Shown here: positions 1 to 12,971 of the stretch, piece after piece
Numbering within the stretch: position 1 is the first letter of the stretch
Layout: each line of letters begins with the position of its first letter
Source: Somniosus microcephalus
Taxonomy: Eukaryota
NCBI GenBank assembly: GCA_052327205.1
Contig: CM126228.1
Span: 25,730,001 to 25,794,000, forward strand
Length of the DNA: 64,000 nt
Direction of reading: 5' to 3'
Position numbers and translations under genes: made by a program
Notes under the pieces: model-generated
Seen by the model: the letters and a program-made list of their open reading frames with translations, nothing else
What the model was told of the DNA's origin: nothing
The model's database searches: none

Positions 1-22
1 CTCCTATCTTATGTTTCTATGT
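1..22 (+). mobile_element. 3' tail of a CR1 LINE continuing from upstream of the window
   Basis: ctcctatcttatgtttctatgt matches the tails at 14981-15002 and 22865-22886. Confidence 0.6.
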
Positions 23-153
23 AACTCTCATTTCATTTATATATTTCTGTATATTAATCGCACCTCAGTATAATCACTAAGTAGAGACACACAAATGTTA
101 CATAGTTCCTTAGTAAACATATTTTAGTAAACATATTTCAGCCAATCAGTATC

Positions 154-370
154 ATTAACTTAACATTTAATTCAACTAATCACTATTTTTTGCCCTACAT
201 ACACTGCGAGGCCTGGTGCCTGACATTGTATTATATCGCTAGCCAGTGAACATATCACCAGGAGTGTTCTATGTTCACTGGCTATCGATATAATTCAATG
301 TCAGGCACCAGACCTCGCAGTGTATGTAGGGCAAAAAATAGTGATTAGTTGAATTAAATGTTAAGTTAAT
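154..370. repeat. Long inverted repeat (101-bp arms, 15-nt spacer)
   Basis: Arms 154-254 and 270-370 are reverse complements with 3 mismatches; flanked by a 17-bp direct repeat (132-148, 398-414). Confidence 0.9.
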
Positions 371-1868
371 ACTAATTGCTTCACGTTTAGTCAAAGGCAT
401 ATTTCGGCCAATCAAAAACCATAGCGTTCACTAGACAGGTGGAAACAATTCAGCAAATTGCTCCATTTTTTTTTCAAATTTAATAATCTGGAACCAACAA
501 CTATTACAAAACAAAACCAATCAAATTGCTCATGCAGTTTTTCTTGAGCTGTTTCCAACTGCTACACTTGGGTCAGTATATGCAGCTAAAAATAACCTGC
601 ACGACCTAAGATAGCCCTCAAAAAATATTACATTTCGGGGGGGGGGGGGGGGGAAGAAATCATTAAATCCTCCCACAAAATCAGTCAGTTAATATTAGAG
701 ATACTTGCAAAGGCATTTCCCCTGTGCAAGCCTCCCCTTCCTCAGGAGCCTGACACTTGAGTTTTACTTCAATCCCAGAGATTAGAAATTTCTTGTGGGC
801 CTCAGGATGGCAGTGAAGTCCGACTTCTGGCCACAATTGTGTGTACGTGCGAGTGCATGTGTTGTGCATCAGGGCAGTTGTGGTTGTTGCCCTGTTGTGA
901 TGGAACTATAATACCCAGACTGCACTACAACAACATATAGCCAATTTCCTCCCAGCATTTATGCAGTTTAAGCTATTAAATAAATATTCTGAGCTAAGGG
1001 GATTGTTTGGAATAATGTTATTTTGTGTTGGGTACTGATGCTTGTACTGGGGAGGTTTGAGTTGCTCGGACACTGGAGTCAGTCACTTTGTCAATCCCAG
1101 AACAAGACGCTGCTCAAGATGGTCGTTGGGAGACTCGAAGGTGCAGAAAAAACAGCATAGATCACTACACCAAGGGCAGCGGCAACACTGCAAATCCATC
1201 TGGGGAAGCAAGGTGGAGGAATTTTAAAAATATAATTTAACTAACTGAGAAAAAGGAAGGTCGGTTTTGGAAAGTGAGACGGGAAGAGCACATGAATAAA
1301 CACATACTGCAAATCCATTATGGGAAACACGGACAAAATTGTTAACCATGTAAATAACTGAGAATATGGAGGTTTCGGATGGGAAGGACAAAATTACTTG
1401 CAACTTAAGCAAGTTTTTTTGAAGCATTAGATAAGCAGTATTACAAATATTATGGGCCACTGATTTATGGTCATTTTAATCAGTTTAATAATTCAATAAA
1501 AAAATTGTATTGTGATTCTGAGACTTATCAGTGTTCTAGGCATTGCATTCCACAGTTACATCTGTTTACGATTAGGGTCTTAGATTTTATAATGTTTCTC
1601 AAATACTGCTTATTAAAAAAAAAAAAAAAAAAATCAATTTCTAATTTTAACTGGTGTTTTTGGGGATCAAATTCTGTGATTAATCCACTTGTCCCTTAAA
1701 CCCTGCAAATATTATATCTGAGGTAAACTACCTTTAAATATTTAAGATGTGTAATTTTATTTTACATCATGTCTGTCATATGATGTATGGCTTCAGTAAA
1801 TTTTCTTCATTACAGTGATGAAAAAACCTTCATTGCATTTAGGCTCCGGTGAGACCAAGGATTGACCA

Positions 1869-2285
1869 CAAGGTTGTGGGCTCAAGTCCCACTCCAGAGA
1901 CTTGAGCACAAAAATCTAGGCTGACACTCCAGTGCAGTACTGAGGGAGTGCTGCACTGACGGAGGTGCCGTTTTTCAAATGAGGCGTTAAACAGAGGCCC
2001 CGTTTGCCCCCTCAGGTGGGCGTAAAAGGTCCCGTGGCACTATTTTGAAGAGGAGCAGGGGAGTTATCTCTGGTGTCCTGGTCAATATTTATCCCTCAAT
2101 CAACATAACAAAAACAGATTACCTGGTCAATATCACATTGCTGTTTGTGGGAGCTTGCTGTGCGCTAATTGGCTGCCACGTTTCCTACATTACAACAGTG
2201 ACTACACTGCAAAAGTTGGCTGTAAAGTGCTTTGGGACGCCCGGTGGTCGTGAAAGGCGCTATAGAAATGCAAGTCCTTCTTTCT
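1869..2285 (+). mobile_element. Deu-domain SINE (SacSINE1-like)
   Basis: tRNA-like head (ggctcaagtccc), Deu core attgctgtttgtgggagcttgctgtgcgctaattggctgcc, tail aaaggcgctatagaaatgcaagt; homologous copies elsewhere in window. Confidence 0.85.
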
Positions 2286-2372
2286 ACGAAAAGATAGTTT
2301 GAACTTGATGGTAAATGCATTTTCTGGGAGATTGCAGTGTTGCTACAAAGAATGTGCACTTTGACAGGAGAG

Positions 2373-2695
2373 AAATAACTTGCATTTAGAGAGCACCTTT
2401 CACATTCTGAAGATGTCTCAAAGCACTTCAATGCCACTGAGCTACTTTTGAAGTGTGGCCAGTTACGTAGGCAAGTGGCCAATTAATCAGTTTTTTAGTG
2501 GTGTTGGTTTTGCATCCACCTGCACAGTAGACGGGGGATCAATTAAACTTCTCATCCGAATGCTGGCACATGCAACAATGAAGCAGTCCCTCAGTATTGC
2601 ACAGAAGTGTCGGTCCAGATTATGTGTTCAAGTCCTAGAGTGGAGCTTGAGCCATGACCACCTAACCCGGAGGTGCGAGCGCTACCACCGAGCCA
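2373..2695 (-). mobile_element. Degenerate Deu-domain SINE
   Basis: Reverse-complement similarity to 1869-2285 (cttgcattt...gcacctttcac; ccagattatgtgttcaagtcctagagtgg). Confidence 0.65.
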
Positions 2696-5596
2696 AGCGA
2701 ACACGTTTTACATTTGATTTGCAGGTTCTGTTTAGAAGGTTTGCAAAGGAAGAACCAGATGTACACCATAGGGTTTGATAGATGATTGCATAATTGGCAT
2801 GAATTTGGTCTCAAACCTTGCTGGTCAGTGCTCTTCTTGGGTTTAATGTAGTTGGGGTAAGGATTTTCCAATTTTGATTGATCGTGTCCTTGGGTTTTTT
2901 TAATGGATTGTCACAACTCTGGAGTATGATAATCTTTCTGCAACTAAGGAAATGATCAGTCTTTAACTAAAGCAGTAATTAATATTTCTCTCTTTTTACT
3001 GGAGTAAATACTTGCATATGATGAGGAATACCTAAAATATTACTTGCATTTTGTTTAAAAAGCTGTACATTTTAGACAATAGGGATTTCACGAGCACTAA
3101 TTTCGTGGAGGTGGGAGTGGGCTCTCTCTCTCTCTGCCTCTCTCTCTGCTCAGGTCTGCCTGTGGGTAGGCTAACTGAGTCCTGGTATTGGCAGCATTTG
3201 CGACGTGTTCTTTTTTTTGTGGCGTATCATTTCCTAAGGCGGATAGTGGAGTGCGGGGAGGGTGAGGCGAAGAATAGGACGAAAATGAGCGGTTAAATGA
3301 AGCAAATTATACTGGAGTGAAATTGTTCATCAGCAGGAGTGTGAAATGGGCTGATAGCCAATCGGCAACCCCTTCTTGCATCACGCCCAACTTTAATTTC
3401 CATTTGAAGTCAAACACCTTGCCAGTTTGGTATTGACCAGTTTCACCCTCTACATTTCCTACCTCAACTCTAATTAAGCAGCAGTAAGATACTAAAATCT
3501 AAGACTTCACATTAGCAGGAGATTGCAGAGTTAAATTTTCTAACTGTGGAGAATTAAACTCTTTAATTCCTCTTCTGGCGCTAATGTGTATCTTCTGTGC
3601 GCCACTGCATCCACTGCAAATGTGAAGAAGGCAAGGCTACTATTCCCCGATTTCATTAATGCCGGTGGGCTTTGAGTTAAGCACCAGTCTTTCCAACACA
3701 ACTTCCCTGGTTGAGTGATTTTTGAAGATTGCAGAATACAATCTTGCCGCCTTCCTGTTGCCTCCCTGTAGAAAAGGAGGAAAAGAGGAAAGGAAAAATA
3801 AAAAGACAAATGGAGAATTAAAGCTACGGGCAAAAATTTTTTGAAGGAAATCGGGGAAAAAATTAAATGGAGGCTAAGGTTATAAAAATGGAAGAGAAAA
3901 GTTAAAGAAAAGCAGAACAGTGGAAAATCAATTGTATATAAAAAAAAAAAGTGTGGCATTTTAAAGAGAGAAATAAAATAAGGACGTATGTTAATGAAAA
4001 TGGGTAGAAAAATTTAGAAATAACAAAGCTCAGTAACCCCACGTGCTAATAGTTTTTTGTCCAAAAGTTTCAAATTCAGGGCATGAGGTGTAAGTATTTT
4101 GAGGGTTTGATTTTTCTCCCTTCCCCCCGCCCCCCCCCCCCCCCCCCCCTCAATTTAGGAATCCTCGTGTCATTATTCTGTTGACAGGAAGTAAGCTCCT
4201 GCATTCCTGAGTGCTCTTTAGTCCGGACAGTTACAAAATGTTTTCAGATGCAGAGGGCTTTTTTTTTTGTCATTTGAATTGAATTGCCACAGCTGAACAA
4301 TCAGACTAGATAAAACAGAATTAGTGCAACTTTCATGCATGTGCAATTCGGAAGCTCCTTTAATCCCCTCTCTTGCTTGGGTTCTTTTTTCTCTCCCTTC
4401 CTTCTCCCATTTCACAATATCTATCCCATTAGCAGATAAACTTTGCCGGATGGCTTTAAGAAGCAAACACTGCTGAATACTTTACATTTTTCACTTAACC
4501 TGAGTTAGCACAGATACCGATCGGCTCAGCTGTTAGAACTCTGGGTAGAGGATATTTCTGATCTGGTGTGTAGATAGTTTCTCTGGACCTCCTGTCACTG
4601 TTGTATTGGCTTTTTTCAATCACTGTTTTAAGGCCCCTTAGCCTAGTGCTTGCTAATCCTGACTGGTGCCATTGGATCTTTTTGTGGGGGTGGGGGAACT
4701 CAAAGATATTGCTCTTGTTTGAGGATCAAGGATAAAGCTTCTAAAATAAAAACACTGTGGTCAGATGGGCTGAGCTGATGAACAATGCAAGAGGCACTAA
4801 CTGATCTGTGGGCAGTTCTTTGTGACCCTGCCGTTCATGATAAAGGGTGTACATTTATTTGCTAATATCCACGGTAAAAGCCATTAATCTGCCATCTTGT
4901 TTTTCAAAAAGTGGTTAGATTGCCTGTAGCAACAAGCCTGTATTTGCAATCGTATGAGGGTTAGATTTGCTTGTTGCAGTTGAACAGATGCAGGCTACCC
5001 TCTGCCCTCTCCGTAAACTCCATGGTGTAACATTAGATGAGATTTAGTGATGGAGCATCCTTTCTTGTTATCCAAACAGTATGAGGCAATACAATTGACT
5101 GCCTCCAGCAAAGGCACTCTTTTTTAACACTGTTTTCTATTGAAGTAATTATTTGTGGAAGTGACGTCAGATAGTAAATCTACTCGTTGAATAGTTTGTC
5201 AGTGTAATGTATTCTGTCTTACATTTGCTGTCTGTCTTGAATGATTATTATGCAGAACTGAAAAATACAGACTGAACTAACAGCGAGAAAATCCACCTAT
5301 AATAAAAAGAAATGTATATTCAAAACAGCGAGTGAAGAATTGTTCTGTGCATTAATGATAGCAATATTGTAGGTGGGTTATTTGTAAACATATTTATGAT
5401 GCTTCACATAGTACATGGAAGAATTCACCCACACTTGTGCTTTTAAATTATTTGTATATAGTAGTTTGGTTTTATAACCATAAATTAATATTTGTACTTT
5501 TGGAAAAAAAAGTCCTCTGTAATTGTATTGAATGTCAAGGAAAATTCTACAGAGACTGTGTCGACCGCAAGTAAAATATAAGTATGGCTGTTCCAA

Positions 5597-5815
5597 ATAA
5601 ATAAACACAGAAAATGCTGGAAATACTCAGCAGGTCAGGCAGCATCTGTGGCAAGAGAAACAGAGTTAACGTTTCAGGTCGCTCACCCTTCGTCGGAGCA
5701 TCGACCTGAAACGTTACCTCTGTTTCTCTTTCCAGAGATGCTGCCCGACCTGCTGCGTATTTCCAGCATTTTCCGTGTTTATTTCAGATTTCTAGCATCC
5801 GCAGTATTTTGCTTT
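5597..5815. mobile_element. Palindromic Penelope-like pseudo-LTR remnant with degenerate hammerhead motif
   Basis: Inverted arms about 5599-5681 and 5702-5784; 8-bp flanking direct repeat tgttccaa (5589-5596, 5816-5823); minus strand reads CCGACGA-AGGGTGAGCGACCT-GAAAC-GTT. Confidence 0.75.
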
Positions 5816-6111
5816 TGTTCCAAGTTAATGTTTGATGCAAGTAATTATTTTACTTTCTAGGAGGAAATGCCAGTTCAGTGCCAACCCTGAACTAGACGGG
5901 CATTGGCTTGCCCACTTGTAACACCAAAACCCTTCTGGGAAGGTACACTTTTCTTTGTGTACGATGGAAGTTAATGAAAAGTACAAGAAGTTGATGGCAA
6001 TTGTACACTGGATTTGAGCAGGCCTAACTGACCGGAAGCAGTGCAGAAAACAAAGCACGAAAGAGTGCGTGATGCTTTATGTTTGAATGTTTCTGCTTTG
6101 GAACAGTTGGT

Positions 6112-6698
6112 CGTCGTCTTATCGTGTCCACGGACAGTCTATACATAGCCCAGCCAGAACTGGACACATTTTTACGCCTTGTTGTTGGATTCGGCAAGAT
6201 CTGCAACAGTGCAGGGTTCCTCTAACGATGGGCATTGCAGGAGATGTTGCATAGTCTGTGCCTCAGTTCCACATTCACAAATTGTCGGGCTGGTTGAATA
6301 TCCCCATTTGCTTAGTGACACCTTTGAGCAACCTACACCGGTCCCAAGTCTGTTAAGGCACTTCCAGGTTGCCCAGTTGCAATTAGCTCCTGGGGGAAGG
6401 CTTTCATCAAGTAAAATTTCCATCGCTGGGGGTTGTTCAAGACTGGCGAGCCGGTCTTTCCACAAGGCGATGCGGGCTTCAGATGAGGTTGATTGTAATG
6501 GAACAACACTGTTCATGAAGCTCTTCCTTGACTTTAGGCGGCTGGGTGTAGGTGTATGACAATGCAGAGGGTGTCTCTCATCTGATGTTTGACGGAGTCG
6601 CTCTTGCTGGCTACCGTTCTTCTTATATCGGGGAGCGATACCCGCCAGGATATATAGGCTGTTGGTGTTTGTTGGTTTTAAGCAACCTGTGATAAATC
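6112..6698 (-). mobile_element. 5'-truncated Vingi/Ingi-like non-LTR retrotransposon
   Basis: ITGCLKPT..LYILAGIAP, RLKSRKSF, PPG..W..W..LNRL, KWG..CECG..QTMQHLLQCP motifs; perfect 12-bp TSD ggaacagttggt at 6100-6111 and 6699-6710. Confidence 0.8.
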
Positions 6699-8134
6699 GG
6701 AACAGTTGGTGAGAGTACTGTTTGGAAAGATGATCAAGTACTGTAGAGGTTTCATTTGTGAACATTTGCAATAATATGTCTAATAATTATAATCAATAAA
6801 TCTGTAATACACAAGATATCAAAGATTTTTGAAACAGGCAAATGTATTTAAACAACAAGTCCTATACAGAGAGATCATTTGATAGTCATTCCAATAATGT
6901 AAACGATTCAGCATTAAACTTGCGTTAAGAGTCCACTAGGTGGTTGCTATAGACGGTTTCACTGTTTTGGATTGTAAAAAGCTTTTTAGGAATCACAGTA
7001 AGAAATTTAAAACTGCCTGGAAAGAAGGCATTTGCCAGTGGGCACTGAATGGTTTAAGAGTTGTACAGAAAAAATGTATTTGTTCAGCTTGAACAAATCA
7101 AGAGAACACAAGTCAAAAGTTTTAATTATTTTTTGTTATGTTAAAAAGAGGTAATTTATCAAAGCGAAACTTTAAAAAAAATAATGTATCACCGCAGTTG
7201 ATGCTTCCGAGGGCAGGAAAGTTTAATTTAAGAAATTGGCAGTTTTTAATTCTGTAATCACAGTAAGCAGGTGAATTATTTTGTAAGCTACCCCTTTTGG
7301 GATTTACTTTCTTTTGTTAATGGTTTTCTAGAAACTGATGTCAGTTTGTGTAAAAGTAATAGAGCGAAACTGAATCCCCTTTTCTGCAGCTTCAAGTTTG
7401 TCCCCTCTTCTGGGCCTTGTGCAGGACGGTAACTGGGAGAGAATCCTGAAAAGAACTAAATAGTATAGTAATAGATTTTGACAGCTGTAGGAAGTAACGA
7501 CTGTGTTTTAACTGTTTTGATTTGTAAACCACAAAGTGGATTACTGTGTTGATTGAAGGGTTATGTCTTGGAAATGAAATCCATTATAGAGGTTATTACC
7601 AGGGGTTTGGGTCAGTGAAATTTTTGGCAGCATTCCAAACTGTCACTTGAACAATTGTGGCTTTGCCAATAGGTTCAACCTTGCTTCATTTGGTTATTCA
7701 AACTTCTTATTTAAAAAACAGTACTCTACCCCTAGGGCCTGAATTACCACGGAGTCAAAGCAATGCTTTGCTGCAGTTGGAAATGAAATGATGCACTTCA
7801 GAGAGCAGTGATGGTTATTGATCAACTGAGATATGTACGCTCGACAAACGGTAGCAGTGGAGTTATCTTCTGAATCGACCTCTTGGTTAAAAGCAGCAGC
7901 GCTAGTGACTTTGCTCTGCTTAAGAGGTTGGTCATATCAATGCACAAATGTATGGAACTGTCTTAATATCCTCTGTGCGTGTATATGCCACTGCTTTGTG
8001 TTCTGTGATGTACCATGCGCCATCATAGTGTGTAGACTTTGCAGCACTTGATAAGTGTTTATATATAAAAAAAAATCTTTTGTGTCGTGGCTTCAGTTTT
8101 TGTTTTCATGCTGTGATCTCTGGTATTGGATGAT

Positions 8135-8485
8135 GTGTTAAACCAGGGTGCAATTTGCATGTTCTGGTAGCCGTCAAAAGATTCCATGGCACTATTTGAA
8201 GAATTCACACAACACCAGGTTATAGCCCAACAGCTTTATTTGAAATCACAAGCTTTCGGAGCGCTGCTCCTTCGTCAGGAATTCTCCTTGGCCAACGTTC
8301 CTCCCTCAACCAATGCCGCCCAAAACAAAGGACATGAATTTGTCATTGTGGAATGTTGCTGATGCAGATTGGCTGCCACATTTCCTACATACAGACACTC
8401 CACTTCAAAAATAGGTCATTCTGTGAAGCATTTTCAGATGTTTTGGTTGGAGACGAAACACTATATAAATACACTTTTTCTTTTC
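8135..8485 (+). mobile_element. Degenerate Deu-domain SINE interrupted by a Penelope-like fragment
   Basis: gattccatggcactatttgaag...ccctcaacc...attggctgccacatttcctacat...ctatataaatac similar to 1869-2285. Confidence 0.65.
8207..8279 (-). mobile_element. Short Penelope-like pseudo-LTR fragment with hammerhead core
   Basis: Minus strand: C-CTGACGA-A-GGAGC-AGC-GCTCC-GAAA-GCTT-GTG...aataaagctgttgggctataacctggtgttgtgtg; gaattc on both flanks (8201-8206, 8279-8284). Confidence 0.75.
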
Positions 8486-9183
8486 TTTTTAACTCATTTG
8501 TTGGATTCCTCAGCAAAATATTTTCCCACGGGGGAAGGTATGTGAAAATTCTATAGTTTCATTTCCACCCTAATTTGGAAAAAAATTGCCACCTGCTTGG
8601 CTCAGTTGTATCTGAATGAAAAGCCATCCTAGAATTTGTGACTGATCTGGATAACATGCCTTTAACCTGTTAGTAATGCTTGTCCGTGTCTCTCATTAAA
8701 TTAATTGAAAAACGCTGCTACATACAAAGGAGAATAATCGCTAAGAGTGGAATGAGAAAGTGTTCAGCGACAGAAGCTCCCCGGTCACAGTAATACATAG
8801 CGTTAATGTGACCATGAACAGCGACGGGTTAAATTTTCTTGGCGGCTCTCCTGATTATCTGCCACAGCTCCAGCTTTACGCCTGTTCTCCAGGGCTTCTG
8901 TGGATCTTGCGTCCAAGTTACGGTGCAGAAGTTCAACTCTACCCTCAACAGGCTGAATCAGTCAATTGTCTTCCCCACCTGATCAATTTTTGACTTGACT
9001 CTGGAGACTCACTGGAAAGACAGATGGCCCTGAAGATGACCTTACAACTAGTGACTGGGCTACAAATGTGTTTTTGAGGTGGGGGGAGAAATAATGCTTG
9101 CATTTTGCGAAGTTGCTCTTTAGTTTTGTTACATGGTACTTGGAGGAGTTTACATTGATTACTTTGAGGTTACTGTATAGTTA

Positions 9184-9724
9184 ACATAGACACATAGAAG
9201 ATAGGAGCAGGAGTAGGCCATTCGGCCCCTCGAGCCTGCTCCGCCATTCAATGCGATCGTGGCTGATCATCCAAATTCAGTACCCTGTCCCTGCTTTCTC
9301 CCCATACCCCTTGATCCCTTTAGCCTTAAGAAATCTATCCAATTCCTTCTTGAATATATTTAATGAATTGGCCTCTACTGCCTTCTGTGGTAGAGAATTC
9401 CACAGGTTCACCACTCTCTGGGTGAAGAAATTCCTCCTCATTTCTGTCCTAAATGGCTTACCCCTTATCCTTAGACTGTGACCCCTGGTTCTGGATTCCC
9501 TGACCATCGGGAACATCCTTCCTGCATCTAGTCTGTCCGGTCCTGTCAGAATTTTATAAGTTTCAATGAGATCCCCTTTCATTCGTCTAAACTCCAGTGA
9601 GTAGAAGCCCAATCGACCCAATCTCTCATACGTCATTCCTGCCATCCCAGGCATCAGCCTGGTGAATCTTCGCATGAACTCCTTCCATGGCAAGAACATC
9701 CTTCCTCAGATAAGGCGACCAAAA
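9184..9724 (-). mobile_element. CR1 LINE 3' fragment
   Basis: ORF 9277-9699 RRFTRLMPG...RRNFFTQRVVNLWNSLP; 3' UTR and tail match other CR1 copies. Confidence 0.93.
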
Positions 9725-11517
9725 GTTAAGTGCACTCTGGGAACTACACAGAGTCCGGGGTGGGGGCGGTTGTGGATGGGGTAAATTGGTGAAGCCCACT
9801 GGGTTCAGCAGAGTCGGGGAGATTTCAGGGGGTCCTGTCTACAGAAGGAGGTTGGTTTTCCCTATGTGGGGCTTTTGCAGCCAAGTCAGATGGAAAAGAA
9901 TCCATGACGGCTTCTGACCACATTTCAAGGTGACCCATTCTTACCTTGCTGCAGTGTAGTCTGGGTTTATGAGTGAGGAATGGTTGGATAGAGTAGGTTT
10001 AAAGGGAGGGCTTCAGGCAGAGTCCGTACATTATCTATATTCTATCAGATAAAATCAGCCTTCGGAGCTCTGATGTGTGCATGTTTTGTCAGTCTTTTAT
10101 TCGAAGTTTTCTTCAAGTATTTTCTATTTTGATGCGGTTGGGAGAGGGGTTTAAAATTACTCTTATTTATTTTGAAACCAAGTTGAAAAATTGGAAATTA
10201 AAAAACAAGTACTTTTACTTGATGTTCCTGAGTTATACTACCACAAAAATAAGTTGTAGTAATACCTGAAGTTGATATTTTTAAGGAGGAAGGCGTGGAT
10301 CCAGAGGTGTTAACCTGTATCGAGTGTTCTGGAAACATTGGGGCACTATCCCAAGATTTGAAGAGCCGTAATCCGTGCCGACAAGAATTGTGGTGGGAAG
10401 GGGAGGAAGTATGTGCACTTTAATTTTCTCTCCAATCCAGTGGTTCAGCTAATGAGGTTCCCCTTTCTACGATGCAGAGATGAAACATTTCTGCTGTAGT
10501 AAATACTTTGAATTTGCTGCCTGCTGGATCACCGAAGGTTTTCAATGGGTGAGCGAGAGAAAGGCGCAGCAGCTAGAGTTGCTTCCACCTCTGCCTGACC
10601 GTAGAATGCTCAGCGAGCCTGTTACGTGCAGCATTCCAAGAAAAGAATTGCCTCTTGATGTGGAAATAAATACTGGACATTATCAATCTGCAGAACGGTT
10701 CTTGTTAGGGCAAAGTGTGTCTGTGTGGAGGGGAGTGTCCTAAAGTGAGAAAAGCGAAATGAATGGAAATTGAAATGATTTGTACTCTTACTACCTCATG
10801 AGTTATTTATAAAATTTTACTAGCTTTCATCACTTACTGTGTAAGTTTAGTTGGCATGCCTATAAACCATTCCTTTAACACCCTTTCCAGCCTCCCTCTC
10901 GTCCTGGATGATTCTTATTTGTCTTGTCAGTAATGAACGAGGTAATGTTGTGTGACCCTCCTCATTGATGGTCTTAAAGTTCAGCGTATGCAGGCCAACT
11001 GGGAAGTGCTTTCATAAATAGCAACTTTCATCAGGAATTAAAGTGCTCTGCATGTCATGTGACCTACATTTGAGTTTGGCTGTGGTGTTTGTCTTGCTTG
11101 GATAGCTTTGGAGACACTTATTATATTCTTATCGACGTCCTGCTTAGAGCTCCTTTAGTTCTCTAAACATTTAACTGTGGGTAGCATCCATCATACAGTG
11201 TGCAATAAAACTGTCCTGATGGTAGGCTGATAACTCGGCTACAGTGCTGCACAATATGGGCATTTTAACATTTGAAAGGTGGCAGTTTACACGTTGTGCT
11301 TCAAATCCATTGGGTTTTAGAGATGTCTTCACTTTTGTAATGGAGACTGGACGCTACAATTTTGCTGTTCATTTTTACCGATCTCTGCTTTTTGCCAATC
11401 GTAGAGCCAGGAACTAAAGGCAGAGGAGTGGAAGTCAGCACTGTTAATAAACAGCATTTGTGTAATAGATCACTCTCAGTTTCGCAGTTTAACACTCTTT
11501 GTGGTGCAGGACACTTA

Positions 11518-11632
11518 TGGCAATGAAAGAAAGACTTGCAATTATACAGCACCTTTCACGACCACTGGATATATCAAAGTACTTTTGGCTTTCAGTGAAG
11601 CACTTTGAGTGTAGTCACTGTTGCAATGTGGA
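11518..11632 (-). mobile_element. Deu-domain SINE 3' tail fragment
   Basis: aaagacttgca...agcacctttcacgaccactgga...gtgtagtcactgttg. Confidence 0.7.
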
Positions 11633-12971
11633 ATGGTGCTTGGAGGGCGAGCCAGCATGAATACTGCACTGTCAGAGAGCAGTATTGAATTGGATTGGAC
11701 TGAGTTGTTTTCAATTTGCATCATCACAGCATTGTTGAGGACTCTGGGACATACTTACTTTCTAGACGTTTTTGTTTTTTTGTTCAGCAAAAGTGTTCTG
11801 TTCCATCTGTTACATTTGGCGATGCATGCTGGGCTCTGCTGTGTAATACAGAGACTCGGAGTGCAGACAGGCGGAACTGGCCATCTACATTTGATTTGCT
11901 GGAACAGGTAGCCTTATCGTGGGTCTATGTTGTTGTCGGTTCCGTGCAGATCCTGTTTATATATATTTACAACTGCAGCCGACAGCAGGAGGTCTGTACA
12001 TCTGCAGCACTGTAACATGAAGGTGCCTTATTTAATTTGCCTAATCCAGATTGGGTGAATTAAAATGGCCGTGTGCCATGGTCTTTATTATATATCATGG
12101 ATAAGCAAACTTGCTTTCGTCTTTATTAGTTTTAGTCATTAGCATGTGGTCATCAGAATTTGTGTATTTCTTTTAATTTGCTGATAAATATAAATGATAA
12201 TGCATGTATAGTCTTGTTATGGCGCATTGACAAAAGGATTTGCGATGTAGAGGAGCAACTTTTTAAAGAGAGCCCTTCCCCAGGGCTTTTTCTCATTAGA
12301 GTGCACTGGCCTATTTATGGAATGGTTTAATGAGTTCTTGTGTGGATGAAGATGAGCGCTCTCTTTATTACAAAAGTTAAGCGGGATGGTTCCAGTGTGA
12401 AGAGTTTCATATTGAGTTAAATGTACTTGTAAAAATCATGATTTATAACATAAGCTCAAAGGGTTAAAACGTTGAATCAGTTTTGTCTGCAGAGCCTGTT
12501 GAGGAGCCACTCTGCTGCCATCTCTCTTTTAGACGCACTCCCTCTCCGATAACAGTGACCAAGGTCCAATGTCACATTACTTTACTCTAAATGTTCCTTA
12601 CAAGTGTTAGTGAGGAAAACATTGAAAAGCTTTGAGAAGATGGTGTGAAAACAATATTAACAGTTTGATTATAACATTGCCATAAATATTTTTTTTAAAA
12701 TTGAGGACAAATTTAGGATACTTGAATATAAGATTAATGATTTGACAAAGTTCTATGGAGGAAGTTTGTAAAGAAAATTGAAGATGTTTTCACACCCAAC
12801 ATTGTGGATAAATGCCCTGAGTTCATCTGTATCCATCAAGGTAAAAATTGTTTCCAGTATTAAAAAATCATAATTTACAGGGTCAATTTAGCCAGCCTGT
12901 ATTGAAAGGACACATGGGAGTGTACACTGTTCAGAGCAGGAATACACAAGTAAATAAACTGTTTTATTCAC

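Noticed and set aside
3540-3959. 139-aa hydrophobic ORF
   Set aside because: Product of an A/G-rich low-complexity tract read on the opposite strand
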